Source: Terriglobia bacterium | GTDB taxonomy: Bacteria > Acidobacteriota > Terriglobia > 20CM-2-55-15 | Direction: 5' to 3' | Length of the DNA stretch: 64,000 bases | Assembly: GCA_963664115.2 (NCBI GenBank) | Contig: CAXWPJ010000012.1 | Coordinates: 288,001 to 352,000, forward strand | In this document: in pieces, positions 19,715 to 32,902 of the stretch | How positions within the stretch are numbered: the first letter of the stretch is position 1 | How the letters are laid out: each line of letters starts with the position of its first letter | Position numbers and translations under genes: made by a program | The notes under the pieces: generated by a model | The model's database searches: none | Told to the model about the DNA's origin: nothing | The model's input: only the letters and a program-made list of their open reading frames with translations

Positions 19715-21397
19715 ATGATGAAACGTACTTTACTAACGCTGCTAGTGAGCGCATGCCTAGTCTCTGGTGGTTTGGCGGCAGGCGCTCAGAACCTAATCGT
19801 CCAGGCCAAAGATGAGAAGACCATCAAACGGATCCAGAAGAAATACGGAGCTCAACTCCTGGGGCAGATCAATGGCCAGGACGGCCAGGGCATCTTCCAA
19901 ATTCAGATCGACGATAGCAAAAAAGGGGAAAAAGGCAAGTCCAGTAAGCAGATCAAAGGCCAGGACATCTCCAAAATTCAGATCGACGATGGCAAAAAAG
20001 GCAAAAAAGGTAAGTCCAGTAAGAGCACCAAGGAACTCGACAAGCTGATCAAAGAAATCCTGAATGAAAAAGGCATAGTCAGCGTTGAGCCGAACTATCC
20101 GCTCTCAGTCGACGCCGGTGTTGGTCCTGACTTGGAATGGTCGGTCATGTCCCTGTTCTGGAGCGTCATGTCGCTGTTCGGGGAAAAGACGCCGACCGAC
20201 TTCTACGGGACTGAGGTGATCGAAGGATACGCGAATCAGCCGGCTCTCGACGTCATCCATGCCTCCGACATTCGCTCTGTATCGACTGGCGCTGGCACAC
20301 GGGTCGCCTTCATCGACACCGGTGTCGATCCAGACCACCCTGCTCTGCGTCCCTGGATCGACGAAGGGATAGATCTGCTGGGAACGGGCTTGGCCTCGGA
20401 ATTGAGCGGCCTGGACTGGTCGGTCATGTCGCTGTTCGAAGACACGGTGCGCATCTTCAAGCGCGGGCTCGGCCTGGATTGGTCCGTCATGTCCTTGTTC
20501 CTCGAACACCTGGAAAAACTTGGACTGGATTGGTCCGTCATGTCTCTTTTTTCCGATCAGTTGCAGAAGCTCGGCGTCGACCTGGACTGGTCCGTCATGT
20601 CTCTCTTTTGGTCCGTCATGTCTCTCTTCTCCGACGACGTAGAAACACTCGATCTGGACTGGTCCGTCATGTCTCTCTTCTCTGAAGAAGTGGAGCAACT
20701 CAACCTCGATTGGTCGGTCATGTCACTGTTTGGCGATGCCGATGGGAACGCCGGAGGGGGGATGCCTGCAAAATTCGGTCATGGGACTCTCGTCGCCGGC
20801 CTGATCCACGCCGTGGCCCCTGAAGCCCAGCTGGTCCCCGTCCGTGCGTTTGACCCTTACAGCAACTCGACCCTGTTCTTGGCAACCGCTGCTGTATATG
20901 CGGCTGTTGACCTAGACGTCGACGTTATCAATATGAGCTTTTCGATCGGAACGGACTCCGCCGCTTTCCAGAGTGCCCTCAACTACGCTTGGTCCCAGGG
21001 CGTCACGCTGGTCGCTTCCGTCGGGAACGACGGCATCGATGCGGGCGACATTTACCCTGCAGCCTACCCCAAGGTAATCGGCGTCGCGGCTACGAATCTG
21101 GAGGACCAAATCACATCGTTTTCCAATTTCGGAAAGACTGTCGATGTTACGGCTCCCGGGGAGATCGTCTCCACCTATCCGGGAGGTTTGTATGCACGAG
21201 CCTCGGGAACGTCGTTCAGCGCGCCTATGGTCAGCGGATCAGTTGCTCTGCTCGCCTCGTTGGGTAAGAGAAACAAAGCCGCCGCACAAACAGTCGTGAA
21301 CACGGCCGACTCGGTCTACGAGTCCAATCCAGACCTCTTTAGACAAGCGCTCGGACAAGGCCGAGTCAATCTGTTGAACGCATTAGGTGTGAATTAG
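19715..21397 (+). CDS. Secreted S8 (subtilisin-like) serine peptidase with nine WSVMSLF repeats
   Basis: Signal peptide; catalytic IDTGVD (Asp), GHGTLVAG (His), SGTSFSAP (Ser); oxyanion VGND. Confidence 0.92.
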   Translation: MMKRTLLTLLVSACLVSGGLAAGAQNLIVQAKDEKTIKRIQKKYGAQLLGQINGQDGQGIFQIQIDDSKKGEKGKSSKQIKGQDISKIQIDDGKKGKKGKSSKSTKELDKLIKEILNEKGIVSVEPNYPLSVDAGVGPDLEWSVMSLFWSVMSLFGEKTPTDFYGTEVIEGYANQPALDVIHASDIRSVSTGAGTRVAFIDTGVDPDHPALRPWIDEGIDLLGTGLASELSGLDWSVMSLFEDTVRIFKRGLGLDWSVMSLFLEHLEKLGLDWSVMSLFSDQLQKLGVDLDWSVMSLFWSVMSLFSDDVETLDLDWSVMSLFSEEVEQLNLDWSVMSLFGDADGNAGGGMPAKFGHGTLVAGLIHAVAPEAQLVPVRAFDPYSNSTLFLATAAVYAAVDLDVDVINMSFSIGTDSAAFQSALNYAWSQGVTLVASVGNDGIDAGDIYPAAYPKVIGVAATNLEDQITSFSNFGKTVDVTAPGEIVSTYPGGLYARASGTSFSAPMVSGSVALLASLGKRNKAAAQTVVNTADSVYESNPDLFRQALGQGRVNLLNALGVN

Positions 21398-22492
21398 ATG
21401 CAAGCTAAGATGGCAATATCCAAATCGGAAGTCAGTCTGATCGGGCGCTTCGGGTACTCGGTTCTCGAAGCGCCGGACATCCGCTCGGTCGTGGCTGAAG
21501 CGCTCCGGATTCTACGGAGATTAACTCCGGCTAAGGAGGTAAGGGTTGTATATTATTCCGCATCACGCTGGAAAGAATGGCATGCGACCGGGCAGCAGGT
21601 CCGGGAATTCGACTATGACGAGTGGCCATCGCCCTCACCAGCCGCCGAAACTGTAAGGTTAGAAACGAGCAAGGACCAATACGGATTCGTCTCGATCAGT
21701 CCGGCGGCGCCAGACAACAGATGGGTCCTCGAGCTGATGGCACCCCATATTTCGGCCGCGCTGACCTTGAAGTCAGCCATTCGCAGGGCACAAAACACAG
21801 CGCAGTCGGAAACCGAGCTCGTGCGGATCACCTTGCGCGCTCGAGAGGATGAACGCCGCCGGATTACGCACGAACTCCATGACGATGTCGGCCAGACGAT
21901 CGCCGTGCTGAAGCTGAAACTCAAGGTCCTTCAGAACCGGATCCAGAAGAACGGATCCAATCCGGAAACGGTCGAGGAGTTGACCGAGGCGCGCAAGAGC
22001 GTCGGTTTACTCTTGTCGAAGATACGGGACGTCTCTCACACGCTATACCCCAGGATTCTGGACACGATGGGCTTTGTACCTGCTTTGCAGGAACTGGTCA
22101 GCCAGGTATCCACGCCGTCCGAAATCGATGCGCGTTGCACCGTTCGTGGAAAGCCGAGTCCCATGGACAAAGACACCACAGTTTCACTCTACCGCTGTTG
22201 CCAGGAGGCCATCAGCAACGCGATCCGTCACTCAGGAGCCTCAACACTTGAGGTTCGTATTTATTTTTCCGACACGCAGGTTCGGGCGGTCATCGAAGAC
22301 GACGGCCGGGGATTCGATCCCCGTCGCTTTTATGATTCCAGTGGCAAGCTGATGAGCTCCGGCTTCTGGACCGTTCGTCAAAGGATGAATGATGTGAATG
22401 GGTCCTTCCGGATCGGCACGGCCATAGGGAAGGGAACCTCGATTGAAATGATCGTACCTTTAAGGATGAAAGATGACGACAATGACCAGTGA
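21398..22492 (+). CDS. Soluble sensor histidine kinase (HisKA_3/NarX type)
   Basis: ERRRITHELHDDVGQ H-box, EAISNAIRHS and DDGRGF; no obvious transmembrane helix. Confidence 0.9.
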   Translation: MQAKMAISKSEVSLIGRFGYSVLEAPDIRSVVAEALRILRRLTPAKEVRVVYYSASRWKEWHATGQQVREFDYDEWPSPSPAAETVRLETSKDQYGFVSISPAAPDNRWVLELMAPHISAALTLKSAIRRAQNTAQSETELVRITLRAREDERRRITHELHDDVGQTIAVLKLKLKVLQNRIQKNGSNPETVEELTEARKSVGLLLSKIRDVSHTLYPRILDTMGFVPALQELVSQVSTPSEIDARCTVRGKPSPMDKDTTVSLYRCCQEAISNAIRHSGASTLEVRIYFSDTQVRAVIEDDGRGFDPRRFYDSSGKLMSSGFWTVRQRMNDVNGSFRIGTAIGKGTSIEMIVPLRMKDDDNDQ

Positions 22493-23132
22493 AAAAATAC
22501 GCCTGTTGATCGCCGACGATCACACGATTCTGAGACAGGGACTTCGCCGCATTCTGGAAGAAGAGCACGACATGGAAGTTGTTGGAGAAGCGGCGACCGG
22601 GACCGATGCGGTCACCCTGGCCGAGGAACTCCAACCCGACATCGTCATCATGGATATTTCGATGCCGGGCCAGAACGGGATCGAGAGTACCCGTCAGATC
22701 TCGATGCAAGGTGACTCGCGGGTCCTGGTTTTGACGGTTCATCTTGAACGACAGGTGATCGCCAACGCGGTGACTGCCGGTGCCTCGGGATACCTCCTGA
22801 AGGATTCGCTCGACGATCAGTTGCTGACAGCCGTGCGCACGATCCATGAAGGGGGGGCCGTGTTCTCCCCGGACGTGACCAAAATTCTTGCCAATCTCGA
22901 ACCCACCGACAAAGCATCAGAGCGCACTCTGGATCTGTTAACACCTCGAGAAAAGGAAGTGTTCTATCTCCTGGCGGACGGCAAGGCCTCGGCCGCAATC
23001 GCCGACCTGTTGTTCGTCAGCCCCAAAACCATCCATACCCACCGGCAACACATCATGGACAAGCTCGGGTTACGGACGATCGGAGAGTTGATCCGTTACG
23101 CCATTCGCGAAGGCCTGGTCAACGACGCCTGA
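22473..23132 (+). CDS. NarL/LuxR-family response regulator
   Basis: IADDH and MDISMP receiver motifs; LTPREKEV helix-turn-helix. Confidence 0.93.
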   Translation: MTTMTSEKIRLLIADDHTILRQGLRRILEEEHDMEVVGEAATGTDAVTLAEELQPDIVIMDISMPGQNGIESTRQISMQGDSRVLVLTVHLERQVIANAVTAGASGYLLKDSLDDQLLTAVRTIHEGGAVFSPDVTKILANLEPTDKASERTLDLLTPREKEVFYLLADGKASAAIADLLFVSPKTIHTHRQHIMDKLGLRTIGELIRYAIREGLVNDA

Positions 23133-23198
23133 ACTTTGTCGTTTCTAGTAACTGTCGATGTCCGCGATACCGAATCTGCGAAATTGGCCCGTTCGCGG

Positions 23199-26100
23199 CT
23201 ACTTCTTGAGAGTCGACGCGGTCTGAGAGTGGTATTCCTGCAGGCTACAGACGGTGAGAGATTCCCGTTGGAGGTCGCGAATGCCGGTCACACCCGCCCG
23301 TGCGCCAGAGAAGGTGGTAATACAAGGAATGCGGTAGTGCATCGCGGCGCTCCGGATAGCTTTCTCGTCGAAGAAAGACTCCCGTCCCAGAGGTGTATTG
23401 ATTACAAGGTCCACTTCCCCGCTCTTGATCCGGTCGACAATGTGCGGACGGCCTTCGTTCACTTTGTAGATCGGTGTCGCTTCAATGCCCGCCATCTTCA
23501 ACACGTTCCGAGTTCCTGAAGTCGCCATGATCTTGAATCCCATTGACAGCAATTCTGCTGCGATGTCGGCGACGAATTTCTTGTCCTGTTGATTGACGCT
23601 CAAGAACGCAGTGCCCGACCGCGGCAGGACGGTCCCCGCGCTGATCTGAGCTTTGATGTATGCCTTGCCGAAAGAATCATCGATACCCATCACCTCGCCG
23701 GTGGACTTCATTTCAGGGCCGAGGATGGGATCGGCTCCGGGGAAGCGGGCAAACGGAAAGACGGGCGACTTTACGAAAAATTGCGAAACGGATAACTCGT
23801 CAGGCAGGTTGAATGAATCGAGGCTCTCACCCAACATGACCCGGGCCGCGATCTTGGCCAGCGGAACGCCTGTAGCTTTACTGACAAAGGGAACAGTGCG
23901 TGAGGCTCGAGGATTGACCTCCAGCACATACACGGCGTCTCTCTGCACAGCAAACTGGACGTTCATCAACCCTACGACATTCAGCGCAAGTGCAAGATCG
24001 ACCGTGTAGCGCCGGATTGTCTCCCGATGCGCCTCGCTCAATTGGTAGGTCGGCAGTACACAGGAACTGTCACCGGAATGGACGCCCGCTTCTTCGATAT
24101 GCTCCATAATGCCGCCAATCACGACCCGCTTACCATCGGAGAGGGCATCGACATCGATTTCCATCGCATCTTCAAGGAAGCGATCGATCAGAATCGGCCG
24201 TGCATGGGACACCTCTACGGCTTCGGCCATATACCCATCGAGGGCACGCTCGTCATAAGCGATCACCATCGCGCGCCCCCCAAGCACGTACGATGGTCGC
24301 ACAAGCACCGGATAGCCAATCTTCTCGGCCACCGCACGCGCCTCTTCCAATGACGCCGCCATTCCGTTTGGAGGTTGGAGAATATCCAGCTCGGTCAGGA
24401 GACGGCCGAAACGCTCTCTGTCCTCGGCCAAATCGATCGACTGCGGCGACGTTCCGATGATCGGGACCCCGGCCGCCTGCAAGTCGAGCGCGAGGTTCAA
24501 CGGCGTCTGCCCGCCGAACTGGACGATGACGCCCGCTGGCTGCTCCACCTCGACGATGTGTAGGACGTCTTCCAGCGTCAAGGGTTCGAAATAGAGGCGA
24601 TCGGATGTGTCGTAGTCCGTCGATACGGTCTCCGGATTACAATTGACCATGATGGTCTCGCAACCCGCCTCCTTCAGGGCAAACGATACGTGGCAGCAAC
24701 AGTAGTCAAACTCGATCCCCTGCCCAATGCGATTCGGACCACTCCCGAGGATCATCATCTTTCTGGCGTCTGTGGGGTCAGCTTCGGATTCGCTCTCATA
24801 CGTTGAATACAAATAGGGTGTGAACGACTCGAATTCCCCGGCACAGGTGTCGACACGCTTGTAGACCGGCTTCAGGGAAAACTTCTCTCGGGCGGCGGTG
24901 ATTTCCGATACGTCTACCGCACGCAGCGCCGCGATGCGGTGGTCTGAAAATCCGCTGCGTTTCGCCTCCAACAACAGGTCGGCATCGAGCGTGTCTTTGC
25001 TTTGGACGCGCGCAGCCAGTGCCGCGACCTCTTTCAATTCGTTCAGAAACCACGGATCGATTCCCGTCAGTTCCTGGATTTCCCGGACCGTCATGCCGTC
25101 CGACAGCGCGTACATCACGTACTGCAAGCGGTCCGGATTCGGTGTGGTCAGATTTTGCCGCACGCGTTCTGTATCGATCTTTTCGGATCCGGGATTTCGT
25201 CCCGCTTCCAGCGATCGCACGCCCTTGAACATGGCTTCCTTGAAGGTGCTCCCGATCGCCATGACCTCGCCAACCGATTTCATCTGCGTGCCGAGGATCG
25301 GATCGGCATCTTTGAACTTTTCGAAAGCCCATTTCGGAATCTTCACAACAACATAGTCCAGCATGGGCTCGAAGGAAGCCGGCGTCTTCTTCGTAATATC
25401 GTTTGGGATCTCATCCAGCGTGTACCCGACCGCGAGTTTAGCGGCGATCTTGGCGATCGGGAAACCGGTGGCTTTCGAAGCCAGGGCCGAACTGCGGGAC
25501 ACGCGCGGATTCATTTCGATGACCACCAACTGCCCATCATCAGGATTCACGGCAAACTGGATGTTCGAGCCCCCCGTCTCCACGCCAACCTTGCGAATCA
25601 CCGCAATGGCAGCGTCCCGCATGCGTTGGTATTCCCTGTCGGTAAGTGTCTGAGCGGGCGCGACTGTCAAGGAATCACCCGTATGCACACCCATGGGATC
25701 GAAATTCTCGATCGAACAGATGACGACAACATTGTCCTTGACGTCGCGCATCACTTCCAGTTCGTATTCCTTCCAGCCAATCACTGACTGTTCGACCAGC
25801 ACTTGATGGACCGGGCTCAGGTCGAGACCTCTTTGTACGGTCTCCTGATACTCCTCGCTGTTAAAGGCCACACCGCCACCGATTCCGCCAAGAGTAAACG
25901 ACGGTCGAATCACAGCGGGGAAACCGATCTGCTCAACGATGCGCTCCGCTTCACGCATGTTACCCACAACGGCACTTTCCGGCGTTGCCAGAGCGATCTC
26001 CTTCATGGCTTCCTTGAAGAGCAAACGGTCTTCGGCCAATTTGATCGCCATCAGCTTGGCGCCAATCATCTCCACATTGTGCTTTTCGAGCACTCCAGCC

Positions 26101-26411
26101 TCGGCCAGCTCAACGGCTAGGTTCAGCGCTGTCTGTCCGCCAACGGTAGGCAACAAGGCCTCTGGCTTCTCGCGGGCAATAATCTGGCTAAGAAACTCTG
26201 TCGTCAGTGGCTCCACATACGTACGGTCAGCCAGATCCGGATCGGTCATGATGGTCGCAGGATTCGAGTTCACCAGGACGATTTCATAGCCTTCCTCACG
26301 CAATGCTTTGCAGGCCTGCGTGCCCGAATAGTCGAACTCGCAGGCCTGTCCGATAACGATCGGGCCAGATCCGATGATCAGAATTTTCGAGATGTCACTG
26401 CGTTTTGGCAT
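23199..26411 (-). CDS. carB: Carbamoyl-phosphate synthase large subunit
   Basis: [18 protein letters not shown] and [10 protein letters not shown]; duplicated ATP-grasp domains. Confidence 0.98.
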   Translation of the reverse strand: MPKRSDISKILIIGSGPIVIGQACEFDYSGTQACKALREEGYEIVLVNSNPATIMTDPDLADRTYVEPLTTEFLSQIIAREKPEALLPTVGGQTALNLAVELAEAGVLEKHNVEMIGAKLMAIKLAEDRLLFKEAMKEIALATPESAVVGNMREAERIVEQIGFPAVIRPSFTLGGIGGGVAFNSEEYQETVQRGLDLSPVHQVLVEQSVIGWKEYELEVMRDVKDNVVVICSIENFDPMGVHTGDSLTVAPAQTLTDREYQRMRDAAIAVIRKVGVETGGSNIQFAVNPDDGQLVVIEMNPRVSRSSALASKATGFPIAKIAAKLAVGYTLDEIPNDITKKTPASFEPMLDYVVVKIPKWAFEKFKDADPILGTQMKSVGEVMAIGSTFKEAMFKGVRSLEAGRNPGSEKIDTERVRQNLTTPNPDRLQYVMYALSDGMTVREIQELTGIDPWFLNELKEVAALAARVQSKDTLDADLLLEAKRSGFSDHRIAALRAVDVSEITAAREKFSLKPVYKRVDTCAGEFESFTPYLYSTYESESEADPTDARKMMILGSGPNRIGQGIEFDYCCCHVSFALKEAGCETIMVNCNPETVSTDYDTSDRLYFEPLTLEDVLHIVEVEQPAGVIVQFGGQTPLNLALDLQAAGVPIIGTSPQSIDLAEDRERFGRLLTELDILQPPNGMAASLEEARAVAEKIGYPVLVRPSYVLGGRAMVIAYDERALDGYMAEAVEVSHARPILIDRFLEDAMEIDVDALSDGKRVVIGGIMEHIEEAGVHSGDSSCVLPTYQLSEAHRETIRRYTVDLALALNVVGLMNVQFAVQRDAVYVLEVNPRASRTVPFVSKATGVPLAKIAARVMLGESLDSFNLPDELSVSQFFVKSPVFPFARFPGADPILGPEMKSTGEVMGIDDSFGKAYIKAQISAGTVLPRSGTAFLSVNQQDKKFVADIAAELLSMGFKIMATSGTRNVLKMAGIEATPIYKVNEGRPHIVDRIKSGEVDLVINTPLGRESFFDEKAIRSAAMHYRIPCITTFSGARAGVTGIRDLQRESLTVCSLQEYHSQTASTLKK

Positions 26412-27534
26412 CGTGGATGTTGTCGAAAAACTTCTGGAACAAATAGTAGGAATCGTGCGGACCCGGAGAGGCTTCCGGGTGGTATTGCACGCTGAACACG
26501 GGCAGTTTTCGGTGTTCGAGACCCTCGATCGTCTGGTCGTTGAGATTCAGATGGGTGATCCGAACCTCTTCGTCGTCGAGGCTCTTCGGATCGACCGCGA
26601 AGCCGTGATTCTGTGCCGTGATCTCCACACGCCCGCTATCGATATGCATCACGGGCTGGTTGCCGCCGTGGTGTCCGAACGGCAATTTGAACGTCCGGGC
26701 TCCCAGCGCAAGTGCCAGAATCTGATGGCCCAGGCATATTCCAAAAACAGGCTTCTTACCGATCAACTCGCGAACATTCCCAACCGCGTAATCCACGGCT
26801 TCCGGATCCCCGGGTCCGTTGGAGAGAAATATGCCATCCGGATCAAGGTCGAGAACATCGGCCCCGCTCGTCGTCGATGGAACCACCGTGACCCGGGCAC
26901 CATGGTGGCCGAGGTCGCGAAGAATATTAGTCTTGATTCCGAAATCATAGGCCACAACATGACAGCCGGCGTCATCCACAGACTGTCCGGGGCCCAGGTT
27001 CGAAAACTCGACGAAATCCACTGATCCTCTCTCGGCCGCGTACGGTTCCTGGGTCGTTACCTCGCTCGCCAGATCGCGTCCGACCATCGCGGGAGAGCCT
27101 TTGACCTTACGGCCCAGTGAGTCCAGATCATGATCGATCAGGGAAACGATCGCGCGCATCGCTCCACGGCTTCGGATGTGACGCACCAGGGCCCGCGTGT
27201 CGATGCCGGATATGGCGGGGATCTTATGGCGTCGCAGGTAATCGTCCAGGGGCTCCGACATCCGCCAGTTGCTTGGATGGGAGGTCAGCCGGCGGACTAT
27301 GAATGCTTCGAGAAAAGGCCGTCGTGACTCATTATCCTCAACATTGATCCCGGTATTGCCAATCAAGGGATAGGTCATAGTCACGATCTGGCCGGCATAG
27401 GACGGGTCGGTGAGTATTTCCTGGTATCCGGACATCGAGGTATTGAAAACGATTTCCCCAACGGCCTCTCCCTCAAACCCATGCCCAGAACCACGGAACA
27501 CGCGTCCGTCTTCGAGAAGCAATGTCGCTTTCAT
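26395..27534 (-). CDS. carA: Carbamoyl-phosphate synthase small subunit
   Basis: [18 protein letters not shown] and [12 protein letters not shown] motifs. Confidence 0.97.
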   Translation of the reverse strand: MKATLLLEDGRVFRGSGHGFEGEAVGEIVFNTSMSGYQEILTDPSYAGQIVTMTYPLIGNTGINVEDNESRRPFLEAFIVRRLTSHPSNWRMSEPLDDYLRRHKIPAISGIDTRALVRHIRSRGAMRAIVSLIDHDLDSLGRKVKGSPAMVGRDLASEVTTQEPYAAERGSVDFVEFSNLGPGQSVDDAGCHVVAYDFGIKTNILRDLGHHGARVTVVPSTTSGADVLDLDPDGIFLSNGPGDPEAVDYAVGNVRELIGKKPVFGICLGHQILALALGARTFKLPFGHHGGNQPVMHIDSGRVEITAQNHGFAVDPKSLDDEEVRITHLNLNDQTIEGLEHRKLPVFSVQYHPEASPGPHDSYYLFQKFFDNIHDAKTQ

Positions 27535-28118
27535 TAATCGATGGAACCCATCTTGTTTACTGGCCAGTATCGGAAGACCGCTTTGCCGTAAATATTCTGA
27601 TCCGGGACAAGGCCCCACATACGGCTGTCGTTGGATTGATTGCGATGGTCGCCCAGAACATAGTAGTGACCGGGTTCGACATAGACCGGCGAAAAGCTTC
27701 GACGATCAAAAAAGTTGGCGGGTACATAGTCCTCATCAAGGGCTTGTCCATTTACAACGACCTCGCCTTCCTGCACGTCGACAACATCACCCGGCAGACC
27801 GACGATTCGCTTGATATAGGACTTTGTGGGATCGAGTGGGTACCAAAAGACCACGATATCTCCGCGCTCGATCTGGTCGATCCTGTACAGGAACTTATTA
27901 ACGAAGATCCGCTCCTGGTCAACCAGCTCAGGAAGCATGCTCGTCCCTTCGACTTTCACCGGTTGGTAGAAGAAGACAACGATAATGATCGCCGCTCCAA
28001 TCGCGAAGAATACATCTCGCGCCCATCCCCGCATCTCACTCAAAAGACTGGCCTGGTGCGGTTCGATCGGCTCCTGCGCGGGCGGAGCCTCCCCGGACGG
28101 TGACTGTTCCAAGTTCAT
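27534..28118 (-). CDS. lepB: Signal peptidase I
   Basis: [17 protein letters not shown] and [11 protein letters not shown] motifs. Confidence 0.95.
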   Translation of the reverse strand: MNLEQSPSGEAPPAQEPIEPHQASLLSEMRGWARDVFFAIGAAIIIVVFFYQPVKVEGTSMLPELVDQERIFVNKFLYRIDQIERGDIVVFWYPLDPTKSYIKRIVGLPGDVVDVQEGEVVVNGQALDEDYVPANFFDRRSFSPVYVEPGHYYVLGDHRNQSNDSRMWGLVPDQNIYGKAVFRYWPVNKMGSID

Positions 28119-28308
28119 TGAACTGACCTTCGTTTATGTGCCGGCTGGCTGAGCCGACTGAATTATTTTAGAAGATTCAGGTATGAATCGGAAGGGCTTA
28201 AAAGAAGTGATGCGTGAGAAGGGGAAAAACCAGGGAATAAGAGTGGCTTCCTGACAATTGACTCTAATCGAGACCGGCCTCCGTCAATCGGCCGGATATC
28301 GGATATCG

Positions 28309-28499
28309 GATATCGCTCGGTCGTTCAATCGGTCATCCTGACCGAACGACCGGCGACCCTCTCCATCATCCTGATGGAGAGGGTTATTGGGCACAACGGA
28401 ACGTTAAAGCAGTCCCCATCAAAATCCGCAGCGTTCCTCGCTGCGGATGAACAACGAGGCGGTAGCCGAGGCGTTCAGTGGAATAAAATGATCTCCGAG
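28309..28499 (-). repeat. ~190-bp dispersed intergenic repeat, copy 2 (inverted relative to copy 1)
   Basis: Reverse complement aligns with 3604-3793. Confidence 0.85.
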
Positions 28500-28546
28500 C
28501 TCCCAAGAAATACTCAACTAACGAACCTCTCTTCCCTTCCCTCCCA

Positions 28547-29383
28547 CTACCACAACGTAAAACTGTGTGTCGTCCCGAAAACAACTCCGACACGGTGATC
28601 CAGGTCGGTCAGACCGGCAGTGGCACCCACATCCCAATCCATACCCAGGGCCTGCCACCGAAAGCCGATACGGGCCTGAGCTCTGTCCTCACCACCCAGG
28701 GTTGGAAACGATTGAAAATTTTCCAGACCGTTGACCTCGAAGGCCAGGCTCGTACTCCCGCCAACCGGAATAATCGCGGCCAGACCATAAAGAAGCACGT
28801 CCTGTTGTGCGGCTGCACGCACCGCGTCGTCGAGTATCCCGAGGCCGATATTCCCGAAAACATAAGCCGACCCGGCGGACTTACCGATCAATACCTTTCC
28901 CAAGAAATGAGTTCCATCCGTTCCCAGACCGCTTTCGTTACTCGCATTCGGAAGAACGATCGACGGCTGAAAACTTATGTCCGGGAGAGACCCGGATTCG
29001 GTCACAATCGCAATCTTGGTTGAAATCACACCGTCGCCCCAATCGTTGCGCCGTCCGGTCCCGCCCTCGGTGACCCACAGGAAGTTGTGGAGTGTACCCG
29101 TCATCTGGAACTCGGCACGCGAACCCAGGCCGAAGTGAACACCGCCGGTTAAGGCTGATAGTTGGTCCCCACCCAGTCCCGATACCGGGAAACGCGCCCG
29201 TTCGAAATAACCCAGACCGTTCTCAAGAACCACAGTCCCCTCGGGTATCAACCTCGGGTCCTCCGTGAGGAGAGGCCGTTGCTGTGCGACAAGGTTGACC
29301 GGAATGAGGACGGCAAAAAAAACCATCAGAGAGAGTCTGGCCCGGATACCTCGATGTTCATGTTCAGTTGAATCCAAAGTCAC
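28547..29383 (-). CDS. Exported hypothetical protein, probable outer-membrane beta-barrel
   Basis: Signal peptide, QRPLLTED start, amphipathic strands and aromatic C-terminus. Confidence 0.6.
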   Translation of the reverse strand: MTLDSTEHEHRGIRARLSLMVFFAVLIPVNLVAQQRPLLTEDPRLIPEGTVVLENGLGYFERARFPVSGLGGDQLSALTGGVHFGLGSRAEFQMTGTLHNFLWVTEGGTGRRNDWGDGVISTKIAIVTESGSLPDISFQPSIVLPNASNESGLGTDGTHFLGKVLIGKSAGSAYVFGNIGLGILDDAVRAAAQQDVLLYGLAAIIPVGGSTSLAFEVNGLENFQSFPTLGGEDRAQARIGFRWQALGMDWDVGATAGLTDLDHRVGVVFGTTHSFTLW

Positions 29384-30081
29384 AAAACCCCCAATTGATG
29401 AGCGATCAGCCCCCCCGCGACAATGGCGGCTGTGTCGGCACGCATGATGTGTGGCCCCAGACGAACCTCAACGAATCCCCGGCTTCGGGCGGCTTCCAGT
29501 TCTTCGTCGGCCCAACCCCCCTCAGGTCCGATCACATACACGACCGGGGAATCTGAAAGAGCCGACTCTAACGGACCCTCACTCTCAAGGGCAAACACAA
29601 TCTTCGATTCCCCATCCACCGCCAATACATGTTCGATATCGGTGACCGCGTCGAGACGCGGCAGATGGTAGTGCTTGGATTGTTTCGCGGCCTCGACGAT
29701 GATGCGCTTCCAGCGTTTTTCGCGCCCCGGCCCCGAAGCGTTCGAACGCTTGGCACGAAAGGGAATGATCCGGGTTACGCCCACCTCTACGGCCTTTTCG
29801 AGCACCCACTCGAATGCCGCATTCTTGATCAATGCTTGAGCCAGAACGATTTCCGCTGCTGGTGGCGACAAGCGACGCTCGGCATGAATCCTGATCTCAT
29901 TTGGTTTCGAACCCAGCGCTCCAACTTTCCCTTCCCAGACTCGCCCCTCACCATCGAATACCTCGACCACCTCGCCCACCCCAGTGCGGGACACTTTTAG
30001 GTGTTGGTGTTCTTCACCGTCGACGGACAGAAGACCTTCTCGAATCTCGGGATCGGGCCAATATACAGACTTAATTGCCAC
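29380..30081 (-). CDS. rsmE: 16S rRNA m3U1498 methyltransferase
   Basis: KAVEVGV, EAAKQS, IGPEGG and LGPHIMRADTA motifs. Confidence 0.93.
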   Translation of the reverse strand: MAIKSVYWPDPEIREGLLSVDGEEHQHLKVSRTGVGEVVEVFDGEGRVWEGKVGALGSKPNEIRIHAERRLSPPAAEIVLAQALIKNAAFEWVLEKAVEVGVTRIIPFRAKRSNASGPGREKRWKRIIVEAAKQSKHYHLPRLDAVTDIEHVLAVDGESKIVFALESEGPLESALSDSPVVYVIGPEGGWADEELEAARSRGFVEVRLGPHIMRADTAAIVAGGLIAHQLGVL

Positions 30082-30940
30082 GACGGCTGACCTTCATCGC
30101 GACCCACTCGCCACGTTGAACCTCCCTTCGGATCTCGAACCCTTCCGAACGAATCGTCTCCCTGAGAGCGGCAACCTGCGAATCCAGGATGCCGGATAGA
30201 ACAGCAATGCCCCCGGGCATCAGGATACGGACGATCTCTCCAAGAAGATTCAGTATGACGTCACATGTGAGATTCGCCAGTACCACGGCGGCACAGCCCG
30301 TGCGCAGGGCATCAATACTGCCAGCGAACACAGGCGCGCTGACACCGTTGCGGCGAAGGTTCTCCCGGGTCACATGCAGGGCATCCGTGTCCACGTCACA
30401 CGCAGCTTCAACCGTAAAGCCGAGCTTGGCGGCGGCGATCGTCAAAATTCCGGATCCTGTACCCAGATCGACGAGAGGACCCGAGTCTGTCTCCATTGAC
30501 TCGAGCGACTCCAGGATCAACTGCGTGGTTTCATGGGTCCCGGTTCCAAAGGCAAGGCCGGGGTCAATACCCAACACGATCCGCCCGGAATCGATCTCTG
30601 CGGCCGTTTCCCAGCTGGGCACCACTTGAAAACGCTCTCCTATGGAAAAACTCGAATAACCCTTGCGCCACTCCCGGACCCAATCTTTCCGTTCTTCGGT
30701 CCCGAACCGGACCTCGGGCACGTCGGACACGGGGTAACCGTTGCGCTCGAACAGGCGGCCGACGCGGGCTTCAACCAGGGGCGGTGTCCGCGCTTCATCA
30801 AAATAGAGAACCAGTTCGATCCGCTGATTGCCGAGCGCGGTTTTTTCCCATACACCGAGAATACGGTCGCGCGAAAATTCGCCTACGAACGCATCCTTCA
30901 GCTCCTCGGGAACATCAACCGTCATAGTCAGCCAGGACAT
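30071..30940 (-). CDS. prmA: Ribosomal protein L11 methyltransferase
   Basis: DPGLAFGTGTHETT, DLGTGSGIL and LSGIL motifs. Confidence 0.93.
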   Translation of the reverse strand: MSWLTMTVDVPEELKDAFVGEFSRDRILGVWEKTALGNQRIELVLYFDEARTPPLVEARVGRLFERNGYPVSDVPEVRFGTEERKDWVREWRKGYSSFSIGERFQVVPSWETAAEIDSGRIVLGIDPGLAFGTGTHETTQLILESLESMETDSGPLVDLGTGSGILTIAAAKLGFTVEAACDVDTDALHVTRENLRRNGVSAPVFAGSIDALRTGCAAVVLANLTCDVILNLLGEIVRILMPGGIAVLSGILDSQVAALRETIRSEGFEIRREVQRGEWVAMKVSRRGN

Positions 30941-30988
30941 TAATGACTCTCAGCCACACTCTTAAGCTTCAATGGACAGTCGGCATTT

Positions 30989-31070
30989 CAACCGAGAGAC
31001 GCAGAGGCGCAGAGGCGCAGAGGTCCTAGAAAAGACAATAGACTTCTGCGTCTCTGCGCCTCTGCGTTGA
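30989..31070. repeat. REP-like palindrome (CGCAGAG units)
   Basis: CGCAGAGGCGCAGAG ... CTCTGCGCCTCTGCG. Confidence 0.75.
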
Positions 31071-31122
31071 TCTCTTCTGACTGCAGGATAGAGTACTGTC
31101 ACCCTGGGAGTGGTCGTTCGTG

Positions 31123-32902
<1,780 letters not shown>

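Noticed and set aside
20138-20731. WSVMSLF DNA repeats as CRISPR, DGR template/variable repeats or an assembly artefact
   Set aside because: Variation is purely synonymous and in frame; no reverse transcriptase or cas genes; differing codons argue against an artefact
28294-28314. GGATATC x3 microrepeat
   Set aside because: Short slippage at the edge of the 190-bp repeat; no independent function evident
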